DNA of 64,000 nt from an uncultured Verrucomicrobiae bacterium (GTDB lineage Bacteria > Verrucomicrobiota > Verrucomicrobiia > Chthoniobacterales > UBA10450): NCBI GenBank assembly GCA_963834385.1, contig CAWIBO010000002.1:32001-96000 (forward strand), in the 5' to 3' direction. This document shows positions 40,941 through 50,645 of this stretch, piece by piece. The notes below the pieces were generated by a model that was not told the DNA's origin, made no database searches, and saw only the letters and a program-made list of their open reading frames with translations. The position numbers and the translations under genes were made by a program. The first letter of the stretch is position 1. The number at the start of each line of letters is the position of its first letter.

Positions 40941-41801
40941 ATGGGACGGAAGAAAAAGCAGCGCCCCCGCCAGGAGCAATCGCAGCAGCCCGGTCGCGAA
41001 CACCTCATGAAGCCTCGGCCCAGGGCCGATGACCCCGGCTATCGCGGCAGCGGCAAGTTAAAGGACAAGGTCGCGCTGATCACCGGCGGCGACAGCGGCA
41101 TCGGCCGCGCCGTGGCCCTCTTTTTCGCCCGGGAAGGGGCCGACATCTCCATCGTCTACCTGGAGGAGAAAAAGGACGCGAAGGAGACCCGGCGCCTGGT
41201 GGAAAAGGAGGGACGCCGCTGCCTCCTCCTCGCCGGCGACATCGGCAGCGAAAAGTTCTGCCGGCGAGCGGTCGAGCGGACGGTTTCCCGGCTGGGCGGA
41301 CTCAATATCCTGGTGAACAACGCCGCCGAGCAGCACCCGAAGGAGAGCATCGAGGAAATCAGCGCCAAACAGCTCGAGCGAACCTTTCGCACCAACCTCT
41401 TTTCCTTCTTTTACCTGACCAAGGCGGCCCTGCCGCACCTCGGGAAAGGCGACTCGGTGATCAACACCACCTCGGTCACGGCCTACAAAGGGAGCGACCA
41501 TCTGCTCGATTATTCCTCGACCAAGGGCGCCATCGTCGCCTTCACCCGCTCCTTCTCCCAGGCCGTGGTCGACCGCGGCATCCGGGTCAACGGGGTGGCC
41601 CCGGGCCCGATCTGGACCCCGCTCATCCCCTCCACCTTCCCGGGCGAACGCGTGGAGACATTCGGCTCCGACGTGCCGATGAAGCGGGCCGGGCAGCCCG
41701 AGGAGATTGCGCCCTGCTACGTTTTCCTGGCCTCGGACGACAGTTCCTACATGACCGGGCAGATTCTTCATCCGAACGGCGGCACGATCGTGAACGGCTG
41801 A
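40941..41801 (+). CDS. SDR family oxidoreductase (YghA/YhxC stress-protein type)
   Basis: YRGSGKL, TGGDSGIG, NNAAEQ, YSSTKG, APGPIWTPLIP. Confidence 0.93.
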   Translation: MGRKKKQRPRQEQSQQPGREHLMKPRPRADDPGYRGSGKLKDKVALITGGDSGIGRAVALFFAREGADISIVYLEEKKDAKETRRLVEKEGRRCLLLAGDIGSEKFCRRAVERTVSRLGGLNILVNNAAEQHPKESIEEISAKQLERTFRTNLFSFFYLTKAALPHLGKGDSVINTTSVTAYKGSDHLLDYSSTKGAIVAFTRSFSQAVVDRGIRVNGVAPGPIWTPLIPSTFPGERVETFGSDVPMKRAGQPEEIAPCYVFLASDDSSYMTGQILHPNGGTIVNG

Positions 41802-41835
41802 CCCGGCGGACCGGAACCGCGGAAACAGGCAGGTC

Positions 41836-43785
41836 TCAGCCGAGGGGCAGACCGTCGCGGATGACGGCCGGTTTCTGACCGTTCAGCGAGAGATAGGTGT
41901 AACCCTGCAGGCCGCGCTCGTAATCGGCCAGGAGTTTCATGGCCTCGTTCGGTTTCATGCGGTCGCTCTTGATGGCCGCATCCACCTGCGCCTTGACCAG
42001 GCGGAGCAGTTCCACCTTGTCCCACTGGGTCAGGGCAAGGACATCGCCGATGGTGCTGCCCTCGATCACCTCCTCGATGTACCAGCCCGATTCCTCGTCC
42101 TCATCGAGAAAGACGTGCACCTCGTTGACGCGGCCGAAGAGGTTGTGCAGGTCGCCCATGATGTCCTGGTAGGCGCCGATCAGGAAGACGCCGAGGTAGT
42201 ACGGCTCGCCCGGGGCGATGGCGTGCAGCGGAAGCGTTTCCTTCACGTCCTGCAGGTCGATGAACTTCGAGATCTTGCCGTCGGAATCGCAGGTGATGTC
42301 GACGATGGTGGCGTTGCGGCTGGGGGGCTCGGTCAGCCGATGAATGGGCATGATCGGAAAGAGCTGTCCGAGGGCCCAGTGGTCGAGGAGCGACTGGAAG
42401 ACGGAGAAATTGCAGATGTACTGGTCCCCGAGGGCGGTCTCCAGTTCCTTCACTTCGTCCGGGACATAACGCAGTCCCTTGTGCATCCCGACGATCTGCT
42501 CCGCCAGCTGCCAGTAAACGCGGTCGATCTTGGCCTTGCTCTCCAGCTCGAGCAGGCCGAGCTCGAACATCTGTTGTGATTCCTCCCGGATTTGCTGCGC
42601 GTCGTGCAGCATTTCGCGGCGGTTATTGCGCCGCAGCTTGGCCTGCACCTCCATGATGTCGCCTACGAGTTTGTGGTCGGCCTCGGCCGGCTCCACTTTA
42701 TCCTTGAGCACTTTCTCGATGGAGCCAAAGGCCTCGACCACCAGCACCGAGTGGTGGGCCACGATGGCGCGTCCGCTTTCGCTGATGATGACGGGGTGGG
42801 GCACCTTCTCGGAGTCGCAGACGTCGGCAATGTTCCAGACGACGTCGCTGGCGTATTCCTGGAGGGAGTAGTTGGTGGAGCAGTCGAAGGTGGTGCGCGA
42901 ACCGTCGTAATCGACCCCGAGACCGCCGCCGACGTCGAGATAACCGAGCTCGTGTCCCATCTTCACCAGCTTGGCGTAGTAACGGGCGGCCTCGCGCACG
43001 GCGCGCTTGATCGTGGAAATGTCGGGCACCTGCGAGCCGACGTGGAAGTGGACCAGCTTGAGACAATGGGCGTAGCCCTCGCGCTTGAGCATCTCGCTCG
43101 CGGCCACCAGGCTGGCGGTGTCGAGGCCGAACTTCGCGTTCTCGCCGCCGCTGAGCGACCATTTCCCGTCGCCCTTGGTTTGCAGACGGACGCGGATGCC
43201 GATGTAGGGCTCGACTCCGGTTTCGCGGCCGATGCGGATGCACTGCTCAAGTTCCTCGAGCTTTTCCACCACGATGATGACCGACTTGCCGAGGCGACGG
43301 CCGAGGAGCGCGCTGCGGATGAAGGCGCCGTCCTTGTAGCCGTTGCAGACGATGAGGCTTTCCGGGTCGCGATGCATGGCGAGGGCGGCGATGAGCTCCG
43401 GTTTGCTCCCGACCTCGAGGCCGAAATGGAATTCCAGGCCGGCATCGACGATTTCCTCCACGACTTCGCGGAGCTGGTTGACCTTGATCGGGAAGACCCC
43501 GCGGTAATGGCTGCGGTACTTGAACTCGGCGATGGCCGCCTGGAAGGCCTTGTTGACCGACTGGACCCGGTGGCGGAGCAGATCCTGGAAACGGACAACG
43601 AGCGGAAAGCCGAGGCCGCGTTCGCGGGCTTCCTGCACGACCTCGAGGAGATCGATGGAACCGCCGGCCTGCTGGAGCGGACGCGCGATGACGTTGCCCT
43701 TGCGGTTGATGCTGAAGTACTCGCCACCCCAGCCTTCCACGTTGTAGGCGGCGGACGCGGCCTCAACGTCCCATTCGTTCTTCAT
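41836..43785 (-). CDS. speA: Biosynthetic arginine decarboxylase
   Basis: FPIKVNQ (PLP lysine), EVGSKPEL, CNGYKD, HFHVGSQ, DVGGGLG, ESGRA, DITCDSDG, GAYQDIMGDLHNLFG. Confidence 0.97.
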   Translation of the reverse strand: MKNEWDVEAASAAYNVEGWGGEYFSINRKGNVIARPLQQAGGSIDLLEVVQEARERGLGFPLVVRFQDLLRHRVQSVNKAFQAAIAEFKYRSHYRGVFPIKVNQLREVVEEIVDAGLEFHFGLEVGSKPELIAALAMHRDPESLIVCNGYKDGAFIRSALLGRRLGKSVIIVVEKLEELEQCIRIGRETGVEPYIGIRVRLQTKGDGKWSLSGGENAKFGLDTASLVAASEMLKREGYAHCLKLVHFHVGSQVPDISTIKRAVREAARYYAKLVKMGHELGYLDVGGGLGVDYDGSRTTFDCSTNYSLQEYASDVVWNIADVCDSEKVPHPVIISESGRAIVAHHSVLVVEAFGSIEKVLKDKVEPAEADHKLVGDIMEVQAKLRRNNRREMLHDAQQIREESQQMFELGLLELESKAKIDRVYWQLAEQIVGMHKGLRYVPDEVKELETALGDQYICNFSVFQSLLDHWALGQLFPIMPIHRLTEPPSRNATIVDITCDSDGKISKFIDLQDVKETLPLHAIAPGEPYYLGVFLIGAYQDIMGDLHNLFGRVNEVHVFLDEDEESGWYIEEVIEGSTIGDVLALTQWDKVELLRLVKAQVDAAIKSDRMKPNEAMKLLADYERGLQGYTYLSLNGQKPAVIRDGLPLG

Positions 43786-43941
43786 TTCTTCGGGTGCGTG
43801 GGGTTCCAGGGTCGATGGCGCATAATCAGGCAGCGTCGCCAACATTCAAGCAGGCCTTTGCAAAAAAATCCGGGCGAGGGAGCGCGTGGGCGCGGTGGCG
43901 CCTGCTTGTGTTTCGAAATCGGGCGGGTACCGTTGCCGCGG

Positions 43942-44424
43942 ATGAACAAGACCGTGATCGAGGTTCAAGTTCGCGGAGTGCTGCCGACGACCGGCGGCTG
44001 CGCGGTCTTTATCGGCAACGCGGACAAGGTTTTTGTGATCTACGTCGACCAGACGGTCGGCGGCGCCATCACCATGTTCATGCGGGAGGTGGCCAAGGAA
44101 CGGCCGTTGACGCACGATCTCATGGCGCATCTCATGACCGCGGTGGGGGCGCACGTGGAGCGCGTCATCATCAACGATCTCAAGAACGCGACCTATTATG
44201 CGCGCATGATCATTGCCGCGGAAAACGAACTGCAGCAAAGGAAGATCATCGAGCTGGATGCGCGCCCGAGCGATTGCATCGCCATCGCGGTGCAGCAAAA
44301 GGCGCCGATCTACGTGAGCCAGGAAGTCTGGGACGAAGTGGAGGACATGAGCGACGTCCTGCGCAAGATGGAGGAGGAAGGCCTCAAGCCCGACCCGGAA
44401 GGGAGCGAGGAAGAGGAGGAGTAG
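43942..44424 (+). CDS. Bifunctional nuclease family protein (DUF151)
   Basis: RPLTHDL, LDARPSDCIAIA, APIYV. Confidence 0.92.
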   Translation: MNKTVIEVQVRGVLPTTGGCAVFIGNADKVFVIYVDQTVGGAITMFMREVAKERPLTHDLMAHLMTAVGAHVERVIINDLKNATYYARMIIAAENELQQRKIIELDARPSDCIAIAVQQKAPIYVSQEVWDEVEDMSDVLRKMEEEGLKPDPEGSEEEEE

Positions 44425-44436
44425 TTTCGTCTCCGC

Positions 44437-46206
44437 TCAGGAGGCGAAGTTGAGCAGTTCGGGATAGTTTTTCTGCGCCACCTCGTGGCAACGCTGCTGG
44501 ATTTCTCCCGGCGTCTCCATCTCCATCACCTCCTCGGCGAGGGCCCGGCAGACATCCATCTCGAGGCATTGCACCGCCCGCTTCACCTGCGGGACCAGGG
44601 CCGCGCTCACGCTCAATTCGTCCATCTCCAGGCCGAGCAGAAGCGGAATCAGGGCCACGTCGCCCGCCATCTCCCCGCAGACCCCGACCCAGATTTTCTG
44701 CGCGTGCGCGGCGTCGGCCACCATTTTCAGGAGGCGGAGCACAGCCGGATGAGTGGGTTCGTAAAGCGCGGCGATCTGCTCGTTGGTCCGGTCGACCGCG
44801 AGGGCGTACTGGATGAGGTCGTTCGTGCCGATGCTGAAGAAATCGACTTCGCGCGCCAGGACGCGTGCGGAAATGGCCGCGCTCGGCACCTCGATCATGG
44901 CGCCCACCTCGGTGGCCACGCTGTAGGGCTGGTTGCGTTCGCGCAATTCGGCCCGGCATTCCTCGAGCAGGACCAGCGCCCGGCGCAGCTCGGCCAGGCC
45001 GGAGATCATCGGGAACATGATCTTGAGGTTGCCGACGGCGCTGGCCCGGAGCATGGCGCGCAACTGCGTCTTGAAGATCTCCGGTTTCTCCAGGGAGAAG
45101 CGAATGGCGCGGCAGCCGAGGAACGGGTTGAGTTCGTCGGCGTGGTCGACCGAGCCGGCGAGCTTGTCGCCTCCGAGGTCGAAGGTCCGGATGATGAGCG
45201 GATGGGGCAGAACCCGCTGCGCCACTTCGCGGTAGGTTTCGAACTGCTCCTCTTCCGTCGGCAAAGTGGACCGGTTCAGGTAAAGGAATTCCGTGCGGTA
45301 GAGGCCGACGCCTTCGGCGCCGTTCTCGCGCACCGCCTCCACTTCGTCCGGCAACTCGATGTTGGCCGAGAGAACGATGTGGCGGCCGTCCCGGGTGGTC
45401 GAGGTGGTTTCGCGCAGGCCGTGCAGTTCCTGCGCCACCTGCGACTTCTTCGATTCCAGCTCGCCGTAATGGCGCAGCGTCTCCTCGTTCGGGTTGATGA
45501 TGAGGACGCCGTTGTAGCCATCGACCAGCGCCTCCTGCCCGGTTTCCAGTCGCTCCGTGACATCGTGCAGGCCGACTGCGGCCGGAATCCCGAGCGAGCG
45601 GGCCATGATGGCCGTGTGGGAGGTGCGGCTGCCGAGGTCGGTTGCGAGACCCAGGATGAGCGCGCGGTCCATCGAAGCGGTGTCGGAGGGGGTGATATTG
45701 TGCGCCACCAGGATCTGCGGCTCGGTGATGCCGTGGAAAGATTTCGGGGCCCGGCCCTGAAGATTATGGATGACGCGGCGGGCCACGTCCTGGATGTCCA
45801 GGGCCCGCTCCCGCAGGTAGGGATCATCAATTTTGCTCAGGGTGTCGGCATAGCGCGCGGCCACCTCCTGGAAGGCGTAGTCGACGTTGCAAAGCTCGGC
45901 CTCGAGCATGCGCAGGACCTCGTCGATCAGGGTGCGGTCCTCCACCACGAGGAGATGGGCGTCGAAGATGGCCGCGTCCTTGGCCCCGATGGCCTCGGCG
46001 ATCTTCTGCTGCGTTTCGAGGATCTGGGCGCGGGTCTGGATGAGGGCGGTCTCGAAGCGGCCGATCTCGCCGGCGATGTCGCCGCGCTCGATCGCATAAC
46101 GGGGAACCTCGGCATGATCGTCGCGCACGACCTGAATGGTGCCGCGGGCGATCCCGGGGGAGACGCCCGCCCCGTGAAACCGCATTTCGTTTCCGTCCCC
46201 GCTCAT
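44437..46206 (-). CDS. ptsI: PTS enzyme I (PEP-protein phosphotransferase)
   Basis: GSRTSHTAIMAR, GVGLYRTEF, IIRTFDLGGDK, MIEVPSAA, SIGTNDL, GVCGEMAG. Confidence 0.96.
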   Translation of the reverse strand: MSGDGNEMRFHGAGVSPGIARGTIQVVRDDHAEVPRYAIERGDIAGEIGRFETALIQTRAQILETQQKIAEAIGAKDAAIFDAHLLVVEDRTLIDEVLRMLEAELCNVDYAFQEVAARYADTLSKIDDPYLRERALDIQDVARRVIHNLQGRAPKSFHGITEPQILVAHNITPSDTASMDRALILGLATDLGSRTSHTAIMARSLGIPAAVGLHDVTERLETGQEALVDGYNGVLIINPNEETLRHYGELESKKSQVAQELHGLRETTSTTRDGRHIVLSANIELPDEVEAVRENGAEGVGLYRTEFLYLNRSTLPTEEEQFETYREVAQRVLPHPLIIRTFDLGGDKLAGSVDHADELNPFLGCRAIRFSLEKPEIFKTQLRAMLRASAVGNLKIMFPMISGLAELRRALVLLEECRAELRERNQPYSVATEVGAMIEVPSAAISARVLAREVDFFSIGTNDLIQYALAVDRTNEQIAALYEPTHPAVLRLLKMVADAAHAQKIWVGVCGEMAGDVALIPLLLGLEMDELSVSAALVPQVKRAVQCLEMDVCRALAEEVMEMETPGEIQQRCHEVAQKNYPELLNFAS

Positions 46207-46247
46207 CTGGCGAGGAGGATAGCCTGTCTGTCAAACGGCGAAAGCCG

Positions 46248-46559
46248 TCAATCCTCGTTGAAGCGCGCCTGGATCAGGTCGCCGATCTCACGCAGGGCCC
46301 GGTCGGCATCCGGTCCGTCGCATTCGATCCTGAGTTTCGAGCCCTGCCCGGCGGCCAGCATCATCAGGCCCATGATGCTTTTGCCGTTGACCTTTTCGCC
46401 TTCCTTTTCCACCCAGACCTCGCAGCGATAGCGGCTGGCAATGCGCACGAACATGGCCGCGGGCCGGGCATGCAGCCCGAGGCGGTTCACGATCGTCATC
46501 TCCTTCTCCAGTTTGCTCCCGGGAGGGTTGTGCGCGGATTTACGGTTCAAGAGTCCCAT
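46248..46559 (-). CDS. ptsH: HPr phosphocarrier protein
   Basis: GLHARPAA (His15) and NGKSIMGLMML (Ser46). Confidence 0.95.
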   Translation of the reverse strand: MGLLNRKSAHNPPGSKLEKEMTIVNRLGLHARPAAMFVRIASRYRCEVWVEKEGEKVNGKSIMGLMMLAAGQGSKLRIECDGPDADRALREIGDLIQARFNED

Positions 46560-47544
46560 CTTTTGCTCCCATCAAGTTGAGCAACTTTGCGTTAAATTCC
46601 AGCGCGCTGTTCTTTCCCATGCTTTTCAGCTTCTGGTCCATCGCCGCCACCTCGACCAGGCGGGCCACGTCGCGCCCCGGCCGGATGGGAATGGTCACAT
46701 GCGGCACCCGCATCTTCAGGATCTCATAATATTCCCGTTCGATCCCGATGCGGTCGATCTCCTCGATCTCGGTCCAGTCTTTCAGGGTCACCACCAGATC
46801 GAGCCGTTTCTCCACCCGGATGGCGCCGATGCCGAAGACGGAGACCACGTTGATGATGCCGATCCCGCGCACCTCCATGTGGTAGCGGGTCAGCTCGGGC
46901 GAGGTGGCCATGAGTTCCCGGCCCTCCAGCGAGGTGATGCGGGTGGCGTCATCGGCCACCAGGCTGTAGCCCCGCTCAATCAGGCCAAGGACGCATTCGC
47001 TTTTGCCCACGCCACTCGACCCCCGGATGAGGACGCCAATGCCAAGGATGTCGACCATGCTCCCGAATTCCGTCGCCGTCGGGGAGAAGGCCATCTCCAG
47101 CGCGATGGTGGCGGCATTGATAAACTTCATCGTGATCGCCGGGGTGCGAAAAACCGCGATCTCCATTTCCTCCGCCACTTCCTGCAGCTCCGGGGCGAGG
47201 TGAAACCCGCGGGAAACGACCAGGCAGGGAATTTTTTGCTCGCAGAGCGCGCGGAAACGCTTGATCCGCACCGCGGGCGAGAGGCTTTTCAGGTAGGAGT
47301 TCTCGGCGGCGCCCAGGACCTGCACCCGTTTGTCGGCGAAATAATTATAGAAGCCGGAGAGGGCCAGACCGGGACGGTTGATGGTGGGCTCGCGAATTTT
47401 CCGGTGGAAGCCGACCTGTTTGCCTTCCAGCCGGAGCTGGAGCCGGTTGGCGTGATCGCGGAAAAAGCTTTCCACCGTGACCACCGGGACGTTGCGCCGA
47501 ACTGCGCTCTCGGAGGTGATGGTCTGGGCGGCGCGCTCCGGCAT
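46540..47544 (-). CDS. hprK: HPr kinase/phosphorylase
   Basis: INRPGLALSGF, GSSGVGKSE, LVADD, HMEVRGIGII, PIRPGRD. Confidence 0.96.
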   Translation of the reverse strand: MPERAAQTITSESAVRRNVPVVTVESFFRDHANRLQLRLEGKQVGFHRKIREPTINRPGLALSGFYNYFADKRVQVLGAAENSYLKSLSPAVRIKRFRALCEQKIPCLVVSRGFHLAPELQEVAEEMEIAVFRTPAITMKFINAATIALEMAFSPTATEFGSMVDILGIGVLIRGSSGVGKSECVLGLIERGYSLVADDATRITSLEGRELMATSPELTRYHMEVRGIGIINVVSVFGIGAIRVEKRLDLVVTLKDWTEIEEIDRIGIEREYYEILKMRVPHVTIPIRPGRDVARLVEVAAMDQKLKSMGKNSALEFNAKLLNLMGAKDGTLEP

Positions 47545-47637
47545 GTTATCCTAGCTGTATCGCGGGAAGAGGAGGATTGCCACCATTACCCGTCTCCGCG
47601 CGGGGAGGAGCGGAGGAGCCGCCGCCCCTTTTGCGGA

Positions 47638-47666
47638 TTGACGCCCGCCGGCCAGCCTCCTATACC
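47638..47666 (+). promoter_or_regulatory. Putative sigma70 promoter for the 47704 gene
   Basis: TTGACG-N17-TATACC, ending 37 nt before the ATG, followed by a GGAG Shine-Dalgarno-like motif. Confidence 0.45.
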
Positions 47667-47703
47667 GGACGGCGACCGCCATAACCTTCAACCGGAGAAT
47701 ATT

Positions 47704-48657
47704 ATGCGTCTTATCTGCGTTGGTATCCTGCTGATGGTCAGTTTTTCCCCTGCCTTCGCGCGTTCACCGCGGCAGGTTGAAGTTCCGGCCACGATCCTCA
47801 CGGTTTCGCAGGAGGATCTTCGGGACATAGGGGTGAGCCTCGACCTTTCCGGGGCCACGGGCCTGGCCTTGAATCCCACGGCGCAGGTTCCCGCGCCGGG
47901 AGCGATCATCGCCCAGGCGAGCTATTTTGGCCTGAACGGCTTCGAGGTGGGCAACACCGACTTCCACTTTTATGGGTTCAACGCCGCGGTCCGCCCGGGA
48001 CGCTGGCCCGTGGAGTTCAGTGTGGGGATCAACCATCTGCTGGTGGAGAGCGAAATACGCGGGATCGAGGAGCAGATCGAGGACGTTTCCGGCTCGGCGG
48101 GCGTGAAGATCCTGCTTCGGCCAAGCATCAGCCGAAACGACGCCGGGTTTGACCTCCGAAGCATCATCGACGGCACTTCGCTCGCCGTCGGCGGCGGCAT
48201 CAACGACACCTTCTTTGGCAACGCCCGCGGGTACGCCGCGGCCACCACGCATTGGCCGGCCGGGATCCGGACCCATCTCGGTTTTCGCTTTGATCACCTC
48301 GAGATCGACGACGGAAAATCCCGGCGGGAGTCGGACCAGCCTTCCGTTTACGGCGGGCTGGAGATCCCGTTGATCAAGACGACCGTGGCCATCCCCGACA
48401 ACCGCACGATGGTGCTCGGCGGCCTGACGCTTTTCGGCGAAATGGGCTCGAAGAGCATCGACAGCGCGCGGGCGGAGATTCCCTTTGCCACCGGGGTGAG
48501 GGTCAATTCGCGCGGCATCCCTTTCCTGAGCGATGTGCCCCTGCTGGGGCGCTTGTTCTTCACCGCGGGCGCGCAGCGCACGGGCCTGGGGGATAACGTG
48601 AACCTGATCATCATGATCACCCCACATCTCGCGGGCGACTCCGGGACCGATTATTAG
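47704..48657 (+). CDS. Exported hypothetical protein: beta-barrel-like sequence interleaved with secretin signature motifs
   Basis: Signal peptide (AFA); QVEVPATILTVSQEDLRDIGV, KTTVAIPDNRTMVLGGL, GIPFLSDVPLLGRLF, NLIIMITPHL; also GATGLALNPTA and amphipathic strands. Confidence 0.7.
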   Translation: MRLICVGILLMVSFSPAFARSPRQVEVPATILTVSQEDLRDIGVSLDLSGATGLALNPTAQVPAPGAIIAQASYFGLNGFEVGNTDFHFYGFNAAVRPGRWPVEFSVGINHLLVESEIRGIEEQIEDVSGSAGVKILLRPSISRNDAGFDLRSIIDGTSLAVGGGINDTFFGNARGYAAATTHWPAGIRTHLGFRFDHLEIDDGKSRRESDQPSVYGGLEIPLIKTTVAIPDNRTMVLGGLTLFGEMGSKSIDSARAEIPFATGVRVNSRGIPFLSDVPLLGRLFFTAGAQRTGLGDNVNLIIMITPHLAGDSGTDY

Positions 48658-48666
48658 GCGGCGCGC

Positions 48667-49251
48667 CTATTTCGAGGCCGGATCGATCAGGCCGAATTCG
48701 CCGCTTTTGCGACGGTAAAGGACATTGACCATGGAAGTGCGCGCGTTCATGAAAACGAGGAAGTGGCGGTGCGACATCTCGAGCTGGAGCACGGCTTCGT
48801 CCACGAACATCGGTTTGAGCGGGACCGATTCCTTGCGCACGACCGGGTGATGGGATCCCTCTTCCTCCTCGGCTGATTCGACCGGTTCCGGCTCGAGGAC
48901 ATGTTCCTCGAGGTGGTGCACGATGTCGTGCCGCGGCCGGTGCTTGCGCATCAGCCGCGTCTTGTACTTGCGCATCTGGCGGGCGACCTTGTCGGTCACG
49001 GCGTCGATGGCGGCGTACATGTCGTCCGTTTCCTCAGTGGCCTCGATGGTGATGTGATTGGAACAGACGAGCACGACCTCGGCGCTGTGCCGGTATTTCA
49101 CGACCTCGAGGATGACGTGGGCCTCGATGATTCGGGGATAATCCAGGTGCAGACCCTCGATCTTCTTCGTGACGTAATCGTTGATCGCGGGGGTGATCTG
49201 GAGATGGCGCCCGGTGATTTTGACGGGCGGATGAGCGTTGGCTGTTTGCAT
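48667..49251 (-). CDS. hpf: Ribosome hibernation promoting factor (long HPF)
   Basis: ITGRHLQIT, DMYAAID, RQMRKYK, KPMFVDEAVLQL, VLYRRKSG. Confidence 0.95.
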   Translation of the reverse strand: MQTANAHPPVKITGRHLQITPAINDYVTKKIEGLHLDYPRIIEAHVILEVVKYRHSAEVVLVCSNHITIEATEETDDMYAAIDAVTDKVARQMRKYKTRLMRKHRPRHDIVHHLEEHVLEPEPVESAEEEEGSHHPVVRKESVPLKPMFVDEAVLQLEMSHRHFLVFMNARTSMVNVLYRRKSGEFGLIDPASK

Positions 49252-49260
49252 AGGCGTGTC

Positions 49261-50040
49261 TTACATCTTGAACCGTTCGCCGAGGTAGAGCTGGCGGCTG
49301 ATGGGATCGTTGATCAGGAAGTCCTTTGAACCCTCGCTCTCGACCCGCCCTTCGTAAATAAGATAGGCACGATCAACGATGGAGAGCGTTTCCCGCACGT
49401 TATGGTCGGTGATGAGGATGGCGAGGCCGGCCTGGCGAAGATTGGTCACGATCTGCTGGACATCGTAGACCGCGATCGGGTCGACCCCGCTAAACGGCTC
49501 GTCCAGCATGAGCAGGGTCGGGTTCGTGACCAGGGAGCGGGCGATGGTGAGCCGGCGTTTTTCGCCGCCGCTCAAGGTGAGGGCGATGTTCCGGGCGATC
49601 TTCTCGATGCCGAACTGGTGCAGAAGCTCGGCGCAACGCTCGCGGCGCTGTTTCCGGCTGAGCGGGAGGGTCTCGAGGATGGCGAGGATGTTCTGTTCCA
49701 CCGTCATCTTCCGGAAGATCGACTCTTCCTGCGGGAGGTAGCCCATTCCCAGCCGGGCCCGACGGTGCATCGGGAAGGTGGTGACGTCCTTGCCCTTGAA
49801 AAGGACATGCCCCCCATCGGGCCGGATCAGGCCCACGATCATGTAAAAGCTCGTTGTTTTTCCGGCGCCGTTCGGGCCGAGCAGACCCACGATCTCGCCC
49901 GCCCGGACGTTGATGTCGATGCCGTTCACCACGGCCCGCCCGCCGTAGATCTTGACCAGTTGCTCGGTCTCGAGGACCGGGGCGGCCGGGGAGACCGCCG
50001 GTCCCGGCGCGGTCGCGGCTGGCAGGGTCCCTGTTTTCAT
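49261..50040 (-). CDS. lptB: LPS export ABC transporter ATP-binding protein
   Basis: GPNGAGKTT, YLPQEESIF, LSGGEKRR, LDEPFSGVDP, ITDHNVRETL. Confidence 0.96.
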   Translation of the reverse strand: MKTGTLPAATAPGPAVSPAAPVLETEQLVKIYGGRAVVNGIDINVRAGEIVGLLGPNGAGKTTSFYMIVGLIRPDGGHVLFKGKDVTTFPMHRRARLGMGYLPQEESIFRKMTVEQNILAILETLPLSRKQRRERCAELLHQFGIEKIARNIALTLSGGEKRRLTIARSLVTNPTLLMLDEPFSGVDPIAVYDVQQIVTNLRQAGLAILITDHNVRETLSIVDRAYLIYEGRVESEGSKDFLINDPISRQLYLGERFKM

Positions 50041-50645
50041 GGCGTGGGCGAGGGCGCGGGGCTGGCTTCGGCCTCCTTCTTTTTCTCCTGGTGCAGCTCC
50101 GTCCGGCTCGGTCCGCGCGTCTCCAACTGGCCTTTGGCGTTCAGGACCATGACCGTCTCGGGACTGATGGCGACGTGCATGTTCATTCCCTGCTGCACCC
50201 GGGGCGTTCCGCTCAGGACCACGTTGCCGTCGCCGGCCGTGTAGACCGCGCTTTCGGCCCGGCCGATGGAGCGTTCCGCGACGCCGTCTTTCGGCGCGGG
50301 CCGTTCCCGCACCACGCCCACGTTGCCTTCGGCGACCGCCCGTTCCAGGCCCTGCTTCTGGTCCTTGTTGATATAAACGGTCAGTTTGTCCGACTGCATG
50401 CTGAAGCGCGGGTCCGTCACTTTCACGTTCCCGGTGAAGGTCCCCACATTATTTTGCGCATCGAAAAATGCCTGGTCGGCGAAAATCTCCGTCTTGATCG
50501 GCTCTTTCGGGTTTCCCTTTTCCTTCGCCGTCATGCCCGAAATCATGTTCTCCAAAGTGGGCGCGGGATCTTTTTTCTCCTGGGCGAACCCGGCGATCGG
50601 CGCCACCAGCAGGGCGAGCATGAGCAGGAACAGCCTCCTGTTCAT
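50037..50645 (-). CDS. lptA: LptA/OstA family periplasmic protein
   Basis: Signal peptide, FTGNVKV, AVAEGNV, LSGTPRV; lies directly upstream of lptB. Confidence 0.8.
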   Translation of the reverse strand: MNRRLFLLMLALLVAPIAGFAQEKKDPAPTLENMISGMTAKEKGNPKEPIKTEIFADQAFFDAQNNVGTFTGNVKVTDPRFSMQSDKLTVYINKDQKQGLERAVAEGNVGVVRERPAPKDGVAERSIGRAESAVYTAGDGNVVLSGTPRVQQGMNMHVAISPETVMVLNAKGQLETRGPSRTELHQEKKKEAEASPAPSPTP

